A stretch of 64,000 nt of DNA from NCBI GenBank assembly GCA_030390025.1, contig CM059427.1, positions 186,744,001-186,808,000 on the forward strand. Direction: 5' to 3'. This DNA is from Squalus acanthias (Eukaryota). Numbering within the stretch: position 1 is the stretch's first letter; each line of letters opens with the position of its first letter. This document shows positions 38,492 through 49,277 of this stretch, in pieces. The position numbers and the translations under genes were made by a program. The notes below the pieces were generated by a model, which was not told the origin of the DNA, made no database searches, and saw nothing but the letters and a program-made list of their open reading frames with translations.

Positions 38492-38764
38492 TTGAGACAG
38501 ATTCCCAGAGGCCTGTAATGGGCAGTGACATCACCCTCAGTTGTACCGTCTCCAGACTCTCAGATACAGTCAGTCTTCACTGGAAACCAAGAGACTCATC
38601 TCAGCAGAACAGGAGGAACAACACTGATGAGATCCATCTGAATAACACGGTTTATCTGATAGTCAGACACGTTGGAGCAGAAAATCAGGATTTGTACACA
38701 TGGGAAGTGCAGGAAAATGACTCCATTGTTCTCACTGGAAACACAAATGTTGATGTGGATCAGA
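38492..38764 (+). CDS. Gene B Ig D4, C2-type paralog of D2 (F-strand Cys->Trp)
   Basis: Acceptor tgtttttacag|, donor CAGA|gtaagt, 273 bp; GSDITLSC...LHWKP...LYTWEV versus LYACEV in D2. Confidence 0.85.
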
Positions 38765-39507
38765 GTAAGTCCAGAGCTAGCTTGCAGTAGGTGTTAAATA
38801 GTTACTGATATAAAACTATTACACACAAAGTACAGCAAGCACAGGCACCACTGTGGGCTTTTACTGCAGAATGTCGTCCTTGTTTTTGCCCTGGAACATG
38901 GGTGTAAATATAAAATGGTGACATTAAGAGCTGATGTGAACAACCAGGTGAACTCAATGGATTCATTTTGATTCACATGTATGAATCAAAAAGAATAAAA
39001 TCCATCAATATATAAAAGCAACTGCCATTCCAGTCTATATTGGAATAGAGAAATACAAACAAATTAAATGAACACAACACAGGTGTTACAAGATTCAGGT
39101 CTTTCCTGAGACATTCTCTTGGGTACAGTGGTGCTGCTCACTCACAAAACTGGTCTGAGTGTCTTACATTTAGGGATGTTCTCATACAGCCCAATATCTG
39201 ACTATATGACAGCATAAGCTAAGGGTGTAAGAATATGCCCCCCTTGTGACCTGAACTGGATATTTGTGTCTATCGCACGTCTACATCTTTAGTCATTTTG
39301 AAGGTGGACCAAAAAAACCCTTGGTGAGACAAGGCCAGTACTGAATTGTTAAACTGCTTTATTTCACAGCAAGTGAACATACAGAACAACAGTTATGATC
39401 AGATTCACTTCGTTCAATGTCTTTGTGTAGCAGTTCAAAATAATGAACATGCTACACTGCTCCAAACCAGAGGGTTAACTTCTTGACTTAACCAGCTTAA
39501 CTCCTCA

Positions 39508-41556
39508 CGATGCGGTCTCCTCTACATTTGGGAGACCAAACGTAGATAGGGTGACCGCTTTGCGGAACACCTCCGTTCAGTCCGTAAGCATGACCCTGAG
39601 CTTTCGGTCGCCTGTCACTTTAATTCTCCGCTCCACTCCCACTCTGAGCTCTCTGTCCTCGGCCTCTTACACTGTTCCAACGAAGCTCAATGTAAGCTCG
39701 AGGAACAGCACCTCATCTTTCGATTAGGCACTTTACAGCCCTCTGGACTTAACATTGAGTTCAACAATTTCAGACCATAACCTCGGCCACTATTTTTTTT
39801 TCCTCACATGTTAGCTGTTGATGATTCTTCCATCACCATTTACACCTCATCTAGAGTCATCCTGTAAAATTCGCAATTATCACGATTCGAAATAACGAGA
39901 TAAAGCAGATTTGTTTCATCAGTTTTATTTCAACGAAATGCTGTCATGATTAAACAGGACACAGAAGCCTGTAAAATGGCCGCCGAGCCTCGTGGCAGAA
40001 GCTTCCAGAATTTTCAGTGGGCAGACAAGATGGCGTTCGAATAAACATTTCAGTATAAGATTGGATAATACTCAGCAAACACTGATAAAGACAGGATGCA
40101 ACCTGTCTGCATTCGACACAATAGCAAGAGATAAGTGCTGGAATCGTTTTCCATGCACAAGTAAGGACCATTGTACTGGGCAATCGAAGGCCCATCCAGA
40201 TACATCAATCCACAACTACCCCCACGGCTCTACAATGAGAGAGCCATTCACGGGTGATTAAGTCAGTATTCGAGGAGGCCCCAAAACCAGTCAGGGAGAC
40301 TCCTAGCCGGTTCGACAATGGGGAAAACATTAACGGGTAGTTGACCAGTTTAAGGTGCTACCGAAACCCATTAAAGGAAAGAATCGCCCCATGCTGGGAG
40401 TTTTGTGCACCAGTATTACACAAAGGACAAACATTAAGATTTAAGCGGGAGATAAGGGAACCCAGCACTATAACTATAGACAACAAATGTCCATCGGTCT
40501 CTTGATTCGACTCTTGACTCGGGCTGAACTCTTGCTTATGTCTCTTATCTGGCTGATGACTGCTGAACTCTTATTCGCTTGCCGCTTCATGGACTCGCTT
40601 GACTGGTGAGCTTTTGATTGTCTCTCTCTGGACTTCTACAACCGTGTCTGAGCACTGTCGAGTTCTTCATGACAATGGGGAGCCCAGCCTGCTTGCCGGA
40701 GCAGCGAAGATAAACAAGTGGGATACAGAGACCCCTTCCAACACGTGACAGTCAGGTGTTGCAGCAAAACAAGCCGAGTGCCTCGTTTAAAATTCTCCGA
40801 AGTATCACGAGTGGTGAGCATGTTTCCTCGATCCTACAAATCTAGATTAGTGTAGGTATTAATAGGGGAGGGTGGTTTTATTAAGGATAAATATAATGTG
40901 TTCCCCTTTTTACGATGTGCCGTGCGATCCTCATTACCCTGGACCAAGTTTTATGAATGTATGTATACTTGTACTGTCATTAATTTGTGCCTATGACATG
41001 TACTTCATGATTTTGGACGTTATGCAATAAAGGTTTCCATTTCGTACTATTCAACCGGGTCTATTTGAGTTTTCTCTGCATTGCTGCTCTCGCACCTAAG
41101 TCCAGTGTTAGAACCGTAAGGGCGAGTGGGTCGAACCACTCACAGGTGCTTATTGCAACAAGGCTGGCCGGAGACCAGAGCAAGCAATAGTATTAGGCAA
41201 CGAAGGCCTAACCCCGCACAAGCACCCTGAACCCGAACTCCTTACATCCTTTGTTTCTTAACTTGTCCCATTACCTCTCCTTTCGCCTTGCACCATCATC
41301 CCTTTTGTCTTTTAATCTCTTCCGCCCTCCAGCCTATCACAGACATTCCCTTTTGTACTTTCCTCCCTGTCCCTGTCCCTGCCCCACACTTACTTAAAAA
41401 TCTGTTACTTCTCTGAACTTTTCCAGTTCTGACGAAGGGTCCTCGACCCGAAACGTTAGTTCTGTTTCTCTCTGTCGATGCTGTCTGAGCTGCTGAGTGT
41501 TTCCAGCATTTTCTGTTGTTATTTCAGATTTCCAGCATCCGCAGTATTTTGCTATT
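39508..41556 (+). mobile_element. Penelope-like element 3' part (GIY-YIG relic), interrupted by a solo LTR
   Basis: CGLLYI-GETKR..GDRFAEHLRSVRK at ~39510-39590; resumes at 41247 and ends with a hammerhead-like terminal region. Confidence 0.85.
39863..41246 (+). mobile_element. Solo LTR, family 1
   Basis: TGTAAAATTCGC...CTCCTTACA, AATAAA near 41026, flanks ATCC/TCCT (imperfect TSD); colinear with the reverse complement of 56402-58491. Confidence 0.85.
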
Positions 41557-42062
41557 AACTCCTAACGACCCCCCTACATGTTAAACCTCTGAGCCTGTCC
41601 CAAGCTTGCCCTTGCAACATTCTGTTTCCAGCCTGACTGACATTGCATCATTTGATTGAGCTCTCTGCCTGCCCATGTTTCTCTCTCTATATTACCGTCT
41701 TCTGTTAACAACCCGAGGGAACCAAAGATGCCGATCACAATGGGTATGAGGCATTTATTGATAACTGATTGCTGAGACAGTTTAACAAATTGATTATCTA
41801 CAGTCCACGGGGAAACAACATCACTTTGACGGGGGCCATGTTTGGGGCAGATGGACTTTGTCGCACAACCCGGCGTTTAAACAATAGGCAGCCTGGGCCG
41901 GCAGCCAGTGTATCCGGGTCCCAGCTGATTTCCCTGTCCCAATGCTGCACTCCCAGCTGGCTTATGCCAGGAGGGCACTGAATGGCCCTGTGGGAATTCA
42001 GAACATCTGTATCTCAGCAGCTATATAAATCTAACACCTTGTTTCCTGTCTCTCTATTTCAG

Positions 42063-42400
42063 ATTTATGCAATAAGAGATACACACTCTTTGGTCGGACA
42101 CAGATCACAGTGAACTCTCCCTGATTTGTGAAGCTGAATCTGAGATCATTAAAACTAAATGGACTTGGAGGTCACGTCATTTTCAGAATCAAGAGAAAGA
42201 AATAGCTTCTACTTTCAGATCTAAGCCTATCGATGTAAACAGGACCTACTTTGGGAGTCGACTGGTGCCCACAGTGGGAAATGTCAATGGCAAGAACTTC
42301 AGTGTGAGGATTGTCCCCGTACTGTTTGAAGATGCAGGAGTTTACACATGTTCTCTGGGGTTATTTAATTATGTGACCATTAAACTAATCACAGTTAAAG
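42063..42400 (+). pseudogene. Gene B Ig D5, canonical V domain; apparent -1 frameshift near 42090
   Basis: Strong acceptor tctctctatttcag|, donor AAAG|gtagga, 338 bp (3n+2); ELSLIC...KWTWRS...FGSRL...NFSVRIVPVLFEDAGVYTC...LITVK. Confidence 0.85.
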
Positions 42401-42478
42401 GTAGGAGACAGAATGCTGCCGTTGTTTTCAATGATAAAGTTATTGTTTAAAATCTAACTGATTTTCTTGTTTACACAG

Positions 42479-42748
42479 TCACAGCTGAACCATCTGATGC
42501 AGTGACTGAGGGAGACACCGTTACCCTGACCTGCTCTGTCTCTGATGCCACTGAATCAATGAGACTTGTTTGGATCAGTAGCGATGGCAAAACTGTTGAG
42601 GAGAAAACTTTTAAGGACCAGAAGCAGGAAGAGGATTTGTTACGGCTGATTATTCAGAAAGCCAATAGAGACAGAAGGAACTGGACATGTGTTTTGTTTC
42701 ATCAAAACACACCCAGCGTTTTAATTCCATATTATCTGAAGGTTAACA
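42479..42748 (+). CDS. Gene B Ig D6, C2-type with WxC motif
   Basis: 78-bp intron; acceptor tgtttacacag|, donor AACA|gtaagt, 270 bp; EGDTVTLTC...LVW...LIIQKA...NWTCVL. Confidence 0.9.
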
Positions 42749-42789
42749 GTAAGTATCTCAGGTTTTTCTCTTTGTAACCTCCATAGAAA

Positions 42790-43740
42790 GTTCATCATCA
42801 TAGAATCATAGAAATTTACAGCACAGAAGGAGGCCATACGGCCCATCTTGTCCGTACCGGCCGACAAAGTGCTATCTACCCTAATACCACTTTCCAGCAC
42901 TTGGTCCGTAGCCTTGTAGGTTATGGCATTCCAAGTACCTTTTAAATGTGATGAGGGTCTCTACCTCTCCCGCTCTGTCAAGCAGTGAGTTCCAGACCCT
43001 CACCACTCTCCGGGTGAAAAGATTTCTCCTCAAATCTCCTCTAAACCTCCGACCAATTACTTTAAATCTATGCCCCCTGGTTATTGACCCCTCTGCTAAG
43101 GAAATAGGTCCTTCCTATCCACTCTATCTAGGCCCCTCATAATTTTATACACCTCAATTAGGTCTCCCCTCAGCCTCCTCTGTTCCAAAGAAAACAACCT
43201 CAGCCTATCCAATCTTTCCTCATAGCTAAAATTCTCCAGCCAAGTGACATCCTCTTAAATCTCCTCTGTACCCTCTCTAGTGCAATCACATCCTTCCTGT
43301 AATGTGGTGACCAGAACTGCATGCGGTATTCTAGCTGCGGTCTATCTAGTGTTTTTCAGTTCAAGTAACCTCCCTGCTCTTATATTCTATGCCTCGGCTA
43401 ATAAAGGCAACTATCCCAAATGCCTTCTTAACCACCTTATCTATCTGTCCTGCTACCTTCAGGGATCTGTGGACATGCACTCCAAGGTCCCTCTGATCTT
43501 CTGCAATTCTCAGTGTCCTACCATTTAATGTGTATTCCCTTGCCTTGTTAGCCCTCCCCAAATGCATTACCTCACACTTCTCCAGATTGAATTCCATTTG
43601 TCACTGTTCTGCCCACCGAACCAGTCCATTGATATCTTCCTGCAGTCTGCAGCTTTCTTCTTCTTTATCAACCACACGGCCAATTTATGTATCATCTGCA
43701 AACTTCTTCATCATACTTCCTACATTCAAGTCCAAATAGT
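42790..43740 (-). mobile_element. CR1 3' fragment
   Basis: MEFNLEKCEVMHLG...QRDLGVHVH; (CATAGAAT)n tail. Confidence 0.9.
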
Positions 43741-43745
43741 TGATA

Positions 43746-45830
43746 TGAAGGGATAATTACAAGTCCTAGCCCTTTCAGACTACCCCAGATCAGGCGTATT
43801 CCCCAGACGTTTACCTTCAACTAAAGATAGCGGGAGCTGGATCCCATAAGATGCTTAATTGGGTCTAAAGGTCAGACTACCTCTCCCTAAAGGAAAGAAA
43901 CGGTCTAAAGATGTTACCGCCCTCCGGATAGTACTTTTAATAAGTTTAAATAGACTGTAACCTTCCGGATGTTATGAAGGTCCGGAATACCCCCCAGAAC
44001 TCTGCAACTCCTTTGTGAAGAGTGTGCAGAAATTGAGTTCACAAGATGATACAGAAATACTTTTGAGACAATTCTAAAAATATATAGATTTATTAAAGAA
44101 CCGACATTTAGTAAACAGCTGCTATGGCAATCGCAACTTTAATCGTTCAAAATACAAATAGCTTACATTTCTTATTTTCAGAGATCCTTATTCTCAAATC
44201 TTAACTTCATTACATTTCCACACTTCTACTTATTTCTTAATCCAGAATATCCACCAAAATCAAATACCTTGATTACCCGAGACTCAAAAGTTAAAACCTT
44301 ACAGAGAGTGTCTGTGAAGTTGAGAAACGTTTGCCTTCCCAGCGACTTCTGACTTTCTCTCTGAAAAGCTCGTATTTTTATACTCTTTTTTTGGTGGCTT
44401 ATCCTTTGAAATATTCGTGCTGATGTAAGCTAATTGTTTTTATTGATATCTCTGTTGAATGCTTTCTGTCTTTACTGTCAATTTAGCCATTGCATGCATA
44501 ATTATGTCTCTACCTTAGATGTTCCAATGTAGGCTTCGCAAAATCCCCCAGAAACTCGAACAGAGCCCTAAAGGGAGTGATTTTTGGACATTTCATATAA
44601 ACTTGGGATGATGGGACCTCAGTGAAGTGATTTGATGTAAAAACCTAAAGATCACAAGAAGAAAACCTGAGGAAACTAATTTTTTTGAATCTTATTGTTG
44701 GGAGAGACATTTTTTTCACAGACACAAGCTGCGAGGGGTGTGGCCGGTCAGTGAACAGATCAAGCTGTCTGGGAATTGTTTGAGACAATAGCAAAACTCA
44801 CAAACACATTCAAATATGGATCCCCAGGGGCAAACAAGATGCTGGAAATCTAAAAACGATTCAATGACAATATAACTTCGATCACACAGTTTCAGAGCCT
44901 TTATCCCATCAAAAAACCAATTAACCAGGTATCCAGATAACAGATTTAAAAGCCCGCCAACAGAAGGACAATAGGGTGAAGATTTGGCTGGTAGATAAGG
45001 CCGTGTTTTCAAATCGGAAAACGATTAACACTAAGCAACAACCTTCGGAACTGGCCAGCCCGCCAAAAACTAGACAATTGGACGAAGCAAGGGTCATTTA
45101 CATTCAAAAAGGAATTCGTTTTAGTAAGAGGTTCTTGGGCGCGAAAAAGAAACAGTATAATTTGAAAGCCTGTGCCATAATCTCTCTCTTTTTCGGACTG
45201 ACTGAGGACGCGGACACAGCTCTCTCTCCCTGCTCCAGCAAAACTTACCACAAGCCACGAGGAAGAAGACCGGCACGCAAGAAGAAACCATAAGGGCCTT
45301 CCGGAGTCCTTTTAAACAAAAAGACTCTAATATCCTGTCAAGGATTCGTTGGTGAGCATTATCCCTGATCTCCTGAAACCAAAAACCTAGCCAGATAGTG
45401 GGATCTTTGGGAGGGATAAGGTTTTGTTTGATATATTGTCATTTCCCTCGCTTGTACCGTGTGTTCCCCTATCGGTGTTTTAGTAATAAGTGTGTTTCAA
45501 GTTTGTTACCTTTTTTTCTTTTAATAAAGTAAATTTCTTTCATCAGAACCTGTTTACTGCAATTTTGTTCACAACCCCTAAATAAGCCCAAAGTCTAGGA
45601 ACCGGAGGGGTGTTGGAGTGATTCGAACCGCTCACTGTGTCAGAAAGCGAAGGCTGACCCCACTTAAGATACTCCTTACATCAAAAACCATCATAAACAC
45701 AATAACAGCAATGGTTTCTGTTTGATGCAATTCTTAGGAAGTCTTTCTATTGAATTTCTAATACTACTTTAACTGGTTATTATCAGAAAGTTGTATTCCA
45801 AGTTCAATACAAGTACAATGTAATTGCTTA
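43746..45830. repeat. Unclassified LTR-like repeat, copy 1, interrupted by the solo LTR at 44528-45680
   Basis: TGAAGGGATAATTAC...; colinear with 52574-53640; right boundary uncertain. Confidence 0.6.
44528..45680 (+). mobile_element. Solo LTR related to family 1
   Basis: TGTAGGCTTCGC...CTCCTTACA, AATAAA ~45523, flanks CCAA/TCAA; shares the tcgaacc(g/a)ctcac motif with 39863-41246. Confidence 0.75.
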
Positions 45831-45880
45831 ACTCTCTTTCTCTCTCCACAGATGCTGCCTGTCCTGCTGAGTGCTTTCCA

Positions 45881-47029
45881 TGTTAGAAACCAGGGGTGTT
45901 CAAAATGTATATGGTTTTGCGGATAAAACTGTGACGCGAGTAATGCTGTATTTACATGATTGTATTAGAACTAGAGACAGAAAGTCTCTCAGACCAGTAT
46001 TAGAATAATTAGATAGATGCGTAGAATCTGCCTGTGTTTTGGTTCCCTGCGGATCTTATAGCATTCTGCAGTGTGACGGTCATCAATAATCTTGTTTTCA
46101 AGTTAGGATTTCAACCTTGTTTATGTTTCTCTAATTTGACCGACCAAGGCCCAATGTTATATTTCTTCCATTACCGCTAATAACCATATTATAATGCTAA
46201 GGTAGGATTTTGACTTTGTTTAACAAAATTGCTTTAAAATGCGTAAGTTAACCAGTGCATGAGAATAGAATAGAAGATATCTTTGGGAATTTAATGATTC
46301 ATTCCATGGTACAATAGTCTGATAATGAAATAGTTAGTTTTGCATAGCTAAAGCTGCATGAACAGCATGAACATAAATAACTGTTAACAAGCAGTTACGA
46401 ACATCTGATGGCCAAGAATGGCATGTCCGACTCCAAACTAGGGAGGATAGAGACAAGAGAGATAAGACACGAATTCCAAAGGAAGAACCTTCAGAAAGAT
46501 TAAACAATAAGACAAATTGAATGAGGTAATGAGACCCCCTTTTGGGGAGGGCTTTCATCAAGAACCAAGACAAAGAACTTGAGCTGTCATTGGTTGATGA
46601 GGTTTTAGAGGAACCTCTATAGGTTGAATGGTCTTGTCAACAAATTGGCTTCAGGCCCACCCCTAAAAAGAGAATAAAAGTGACACCCTGAGTGCTTGTC
46701 CACACAGACGGTGGAGGGGAGAGCCAGACAGAAGTTGGGCTGGTCGAACGCTCTTTTGAGAGTGATCCCACGCTCACCATCGAAGGCCCTAGAGAGAGAG
46801 AGAGAGAGAGAGGCCAGAAGCCAGAGAACTATTCACGCACGCCAGCCGTCTGTCCGATCGGGATCGGTACCAGCTACTTGTCACGATTGTACATTTTTGC
46901 TGTGTAACTAGCATGTTATATTCCATCTTAAACTCTGATTAAACACAATATACCCACCAAATTGGTTTGCAGTCGATCCTGATTATTTGAAAGACTAGAG
47001 ATAAGCTACTAGTTGGCCTAATCTCTACA
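45881..47029 (+). mobile_element. Solo LTR, family 2, inserted in a Penelope terminal fragment
   Basis: TGTTAG...TCTACA with perfect 4-bp TSD TCCA; flanks rejoin as ctgctgagtgctttccagcattttctgtttttatt. Confidence 0.85.
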
Positions 47030-47158
47030 TCCAGCATTTTCTGTTTTTATTCCTCTTTAGCCACGTTGCAATAATGGGGAGATTACATTTCTCTTTCATT
47101 TTGACTCCATTCTTTTAAACATTTATGGGAATGCATCTAAGGTAATGGATCTGTGTAC

Positions 47159-47873
47159 CTGATAAACCCCTTCGAATCCAGCACAGCTCCAGTTCTGTAC
47201 ATGATAAACCCCTTCGAATCCAGCACAGCTCCAGTTCTGGACATGATAAAATCCCTTCGAATCCAGCACAGCTCCAGTTCTGGACATGATAAACCCCTTC
47301 AAATCCAGCAGAGCTCCAGTTCTGTACATGATAAACCCCTTCGAATCCAGCACAGCTCCAGTCCTGTACATGATAAACCCCTTCGAATCCAGCACAGCTC
47401 CAGTCCTGTACATGATAAACCCCTTCAAATCCAGCACAGCTCCGGTCCTGCACATGATAAACCCCTTCGAATCCAGCACAGCTCCAGTTCTGTACATGAT
47501 AAACCCCTTCGAATCCAGCACAGCTCCAGTCCTGTACATGATAAACCCCTTCGAATCCAGCACAGCTCCGGTCCTGCACATTATAAACCCCTTCGAATCC
47601 AGCACAGCTCCAGTCCTGTACATGATAAACCCCTTCGAATCCAGCACAGCTCCGGTCCTGCACATGATAAACCCCTTCGAATCCAGCACAGCTCCGGTCC
47701 TGCACATGATAAACCCCTTCGAGTCCAGCACAGCTCCAGTCCTGTACCTGATAAACCCCTTCGAATCCAGCACAGCTCCAGTCCTGTACCTGATAAACCC
47801 CTTCGAATCCAGCACAGCTCCAGTCCTGTACATGATAAACCCCTTCGAATCCAGCACAGCTCCAGTTCTGGAT
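47159..47873. repeat. 42-bp minisatellite, 17 copies
   Basis: Unit ATGATAAACCCCTTCGAATCCAGCACAGCTCCAGTCCTGTAC; one 43-bp unit at 47243. Confidence 0.97.
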
Positions 47874-48505
47874 ATGACGAGACGGCTGGGCAAAAGCCTG
47901 ATTTTGTTCTGTGTGAAACTTTCAGGCCTTTGATCTGCTCCTCGACTTTCATAATAAACCTGGACTCACTTCCCCAGATTCTGGGTCACAAGTAGTTTAT
48001 CAAAATGTACAGAATTATTACAGTGAATGAAAATGAGGCCAAGAGAGATTCTCTCAACTGAAGTGAGGTGTGATCTGGTTGCTGAGTCGTCGCCTCCTAA
48101 TCCAAGTTCGGAGAGTCCCTTCTCATCCATTGTCTGTTCCAGACTGAGGAGAATCTGTGGGAGATGAGTGACTAAATATCAAACTGTGTGGGAGAGGGAG
48201 GTCATTGGGAGGGGGGACGGCCCATCACCACCTCAGGTGCCAGTGCTGCCCTCATCCTGAGAAGAAATATAAAAAGGATCCTTTTTCAGTGTGTATTTTC
48301 CAGAAGTTTCCTCCACAGCCTGCATTCTGCAGGGAAATAAAGTTTCATCTCATCTTAACTCTGTCCTAAGGTTTCATATTTTTACCCAGCTCCTGTAGTT
48401 ATATATTCATAATTCAACTTAAACTACCTGCTCACACCTAAATTGTCAGGCTCTCTCATCAATTTAAAGATTTCAATCATGTCATGTGTCCGCCTCAGTC
48501 TTCTT

Positions 48506-49275
48506 CATAGAATCATAAAATGGTTACAGCACAGAAGGAGGCCATTTGGCCCGTCGAGCCCGTGCCGGCTCTCTGCAAGAGCACTTCAGCTAGTCCCACT
48601 CCCGCCAACTTTCCCCGTAGCTCTGCAAATTTTTTCCTTCAGGTACTTATCGAATTCCCTTTTGAAAGCCACGATTGAATCTGCCTCCGCCACCCTTTCA
48701 GGCAGTGCATTCCAGATCCTAACCACTCGCTGAGTAAATTTTTTTTCCTCATGTCGCCTTTGGTTCTTCTGCTAATCATCTTAAATTTGTGTCCTCTGGT
48801 TCTCGACCCTTCCGCCAATGGGAACAATTTCTCTCTACCTACTCTGCCTATTCCGCTCATGATTTTGAACACCTCTATCAAATCTGCTCTCAACCTTCTC
48901 TGCTCTAAGGAGAGCAACCCCAGCTTCTCCAGTCTATCCACGTAAATGAAGTCCCTCATCCCTGGAACCATTCCAGTAAATCTTTTCTGCACCCTCTCGA
49001 ATGCCTTCACATCCTTCCTAAAGTGCGGTGCCCAGAATTGGACACAACACTCCATTTGAGGCTAAACCAGTGTTTTATAAAGGTTCATCATAACTTCCTT
49101 GCTTTTGCATGCTATGCCTCTATTTATGAAGCCCAGGATCCCGTACGCTTTTTCAATTGCTTTCTCAACCTGCTCTGCCACCTTCAACAATTTGTGAACA
49201 TACAACCCCAGATCTCTCTTTTTATGTACCCCCTTTAGAATTGTGCCCTTTAGTTTATATTGCCTGTCCTCATTC
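48506..49275 (-). mobile_element. CR1 3' fragment
   Basis: CVQFWAPHFRKDVKAFERVQKRF...RLRADLIEVFKI. Confidence 0.9.
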
Positions 49276-49277
49276 TT

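Noticed and set aside
25173-42748. Assigning the symbol CD4 or LAG3 to gene B
   Set aside because: Six Ig exons, V domains in single exons, no tail visible, and the neighbouring tail has multiple ITIMs with no Lck-binding motif; only family-level resemblance is supportable.
47115-47995. Long repetitive ORFs on both strands, or a CRISPR-like array
   Set aside because: By-product of a stop-poor 42-bp tandem unit; no unique spacers; eukaryotic context.
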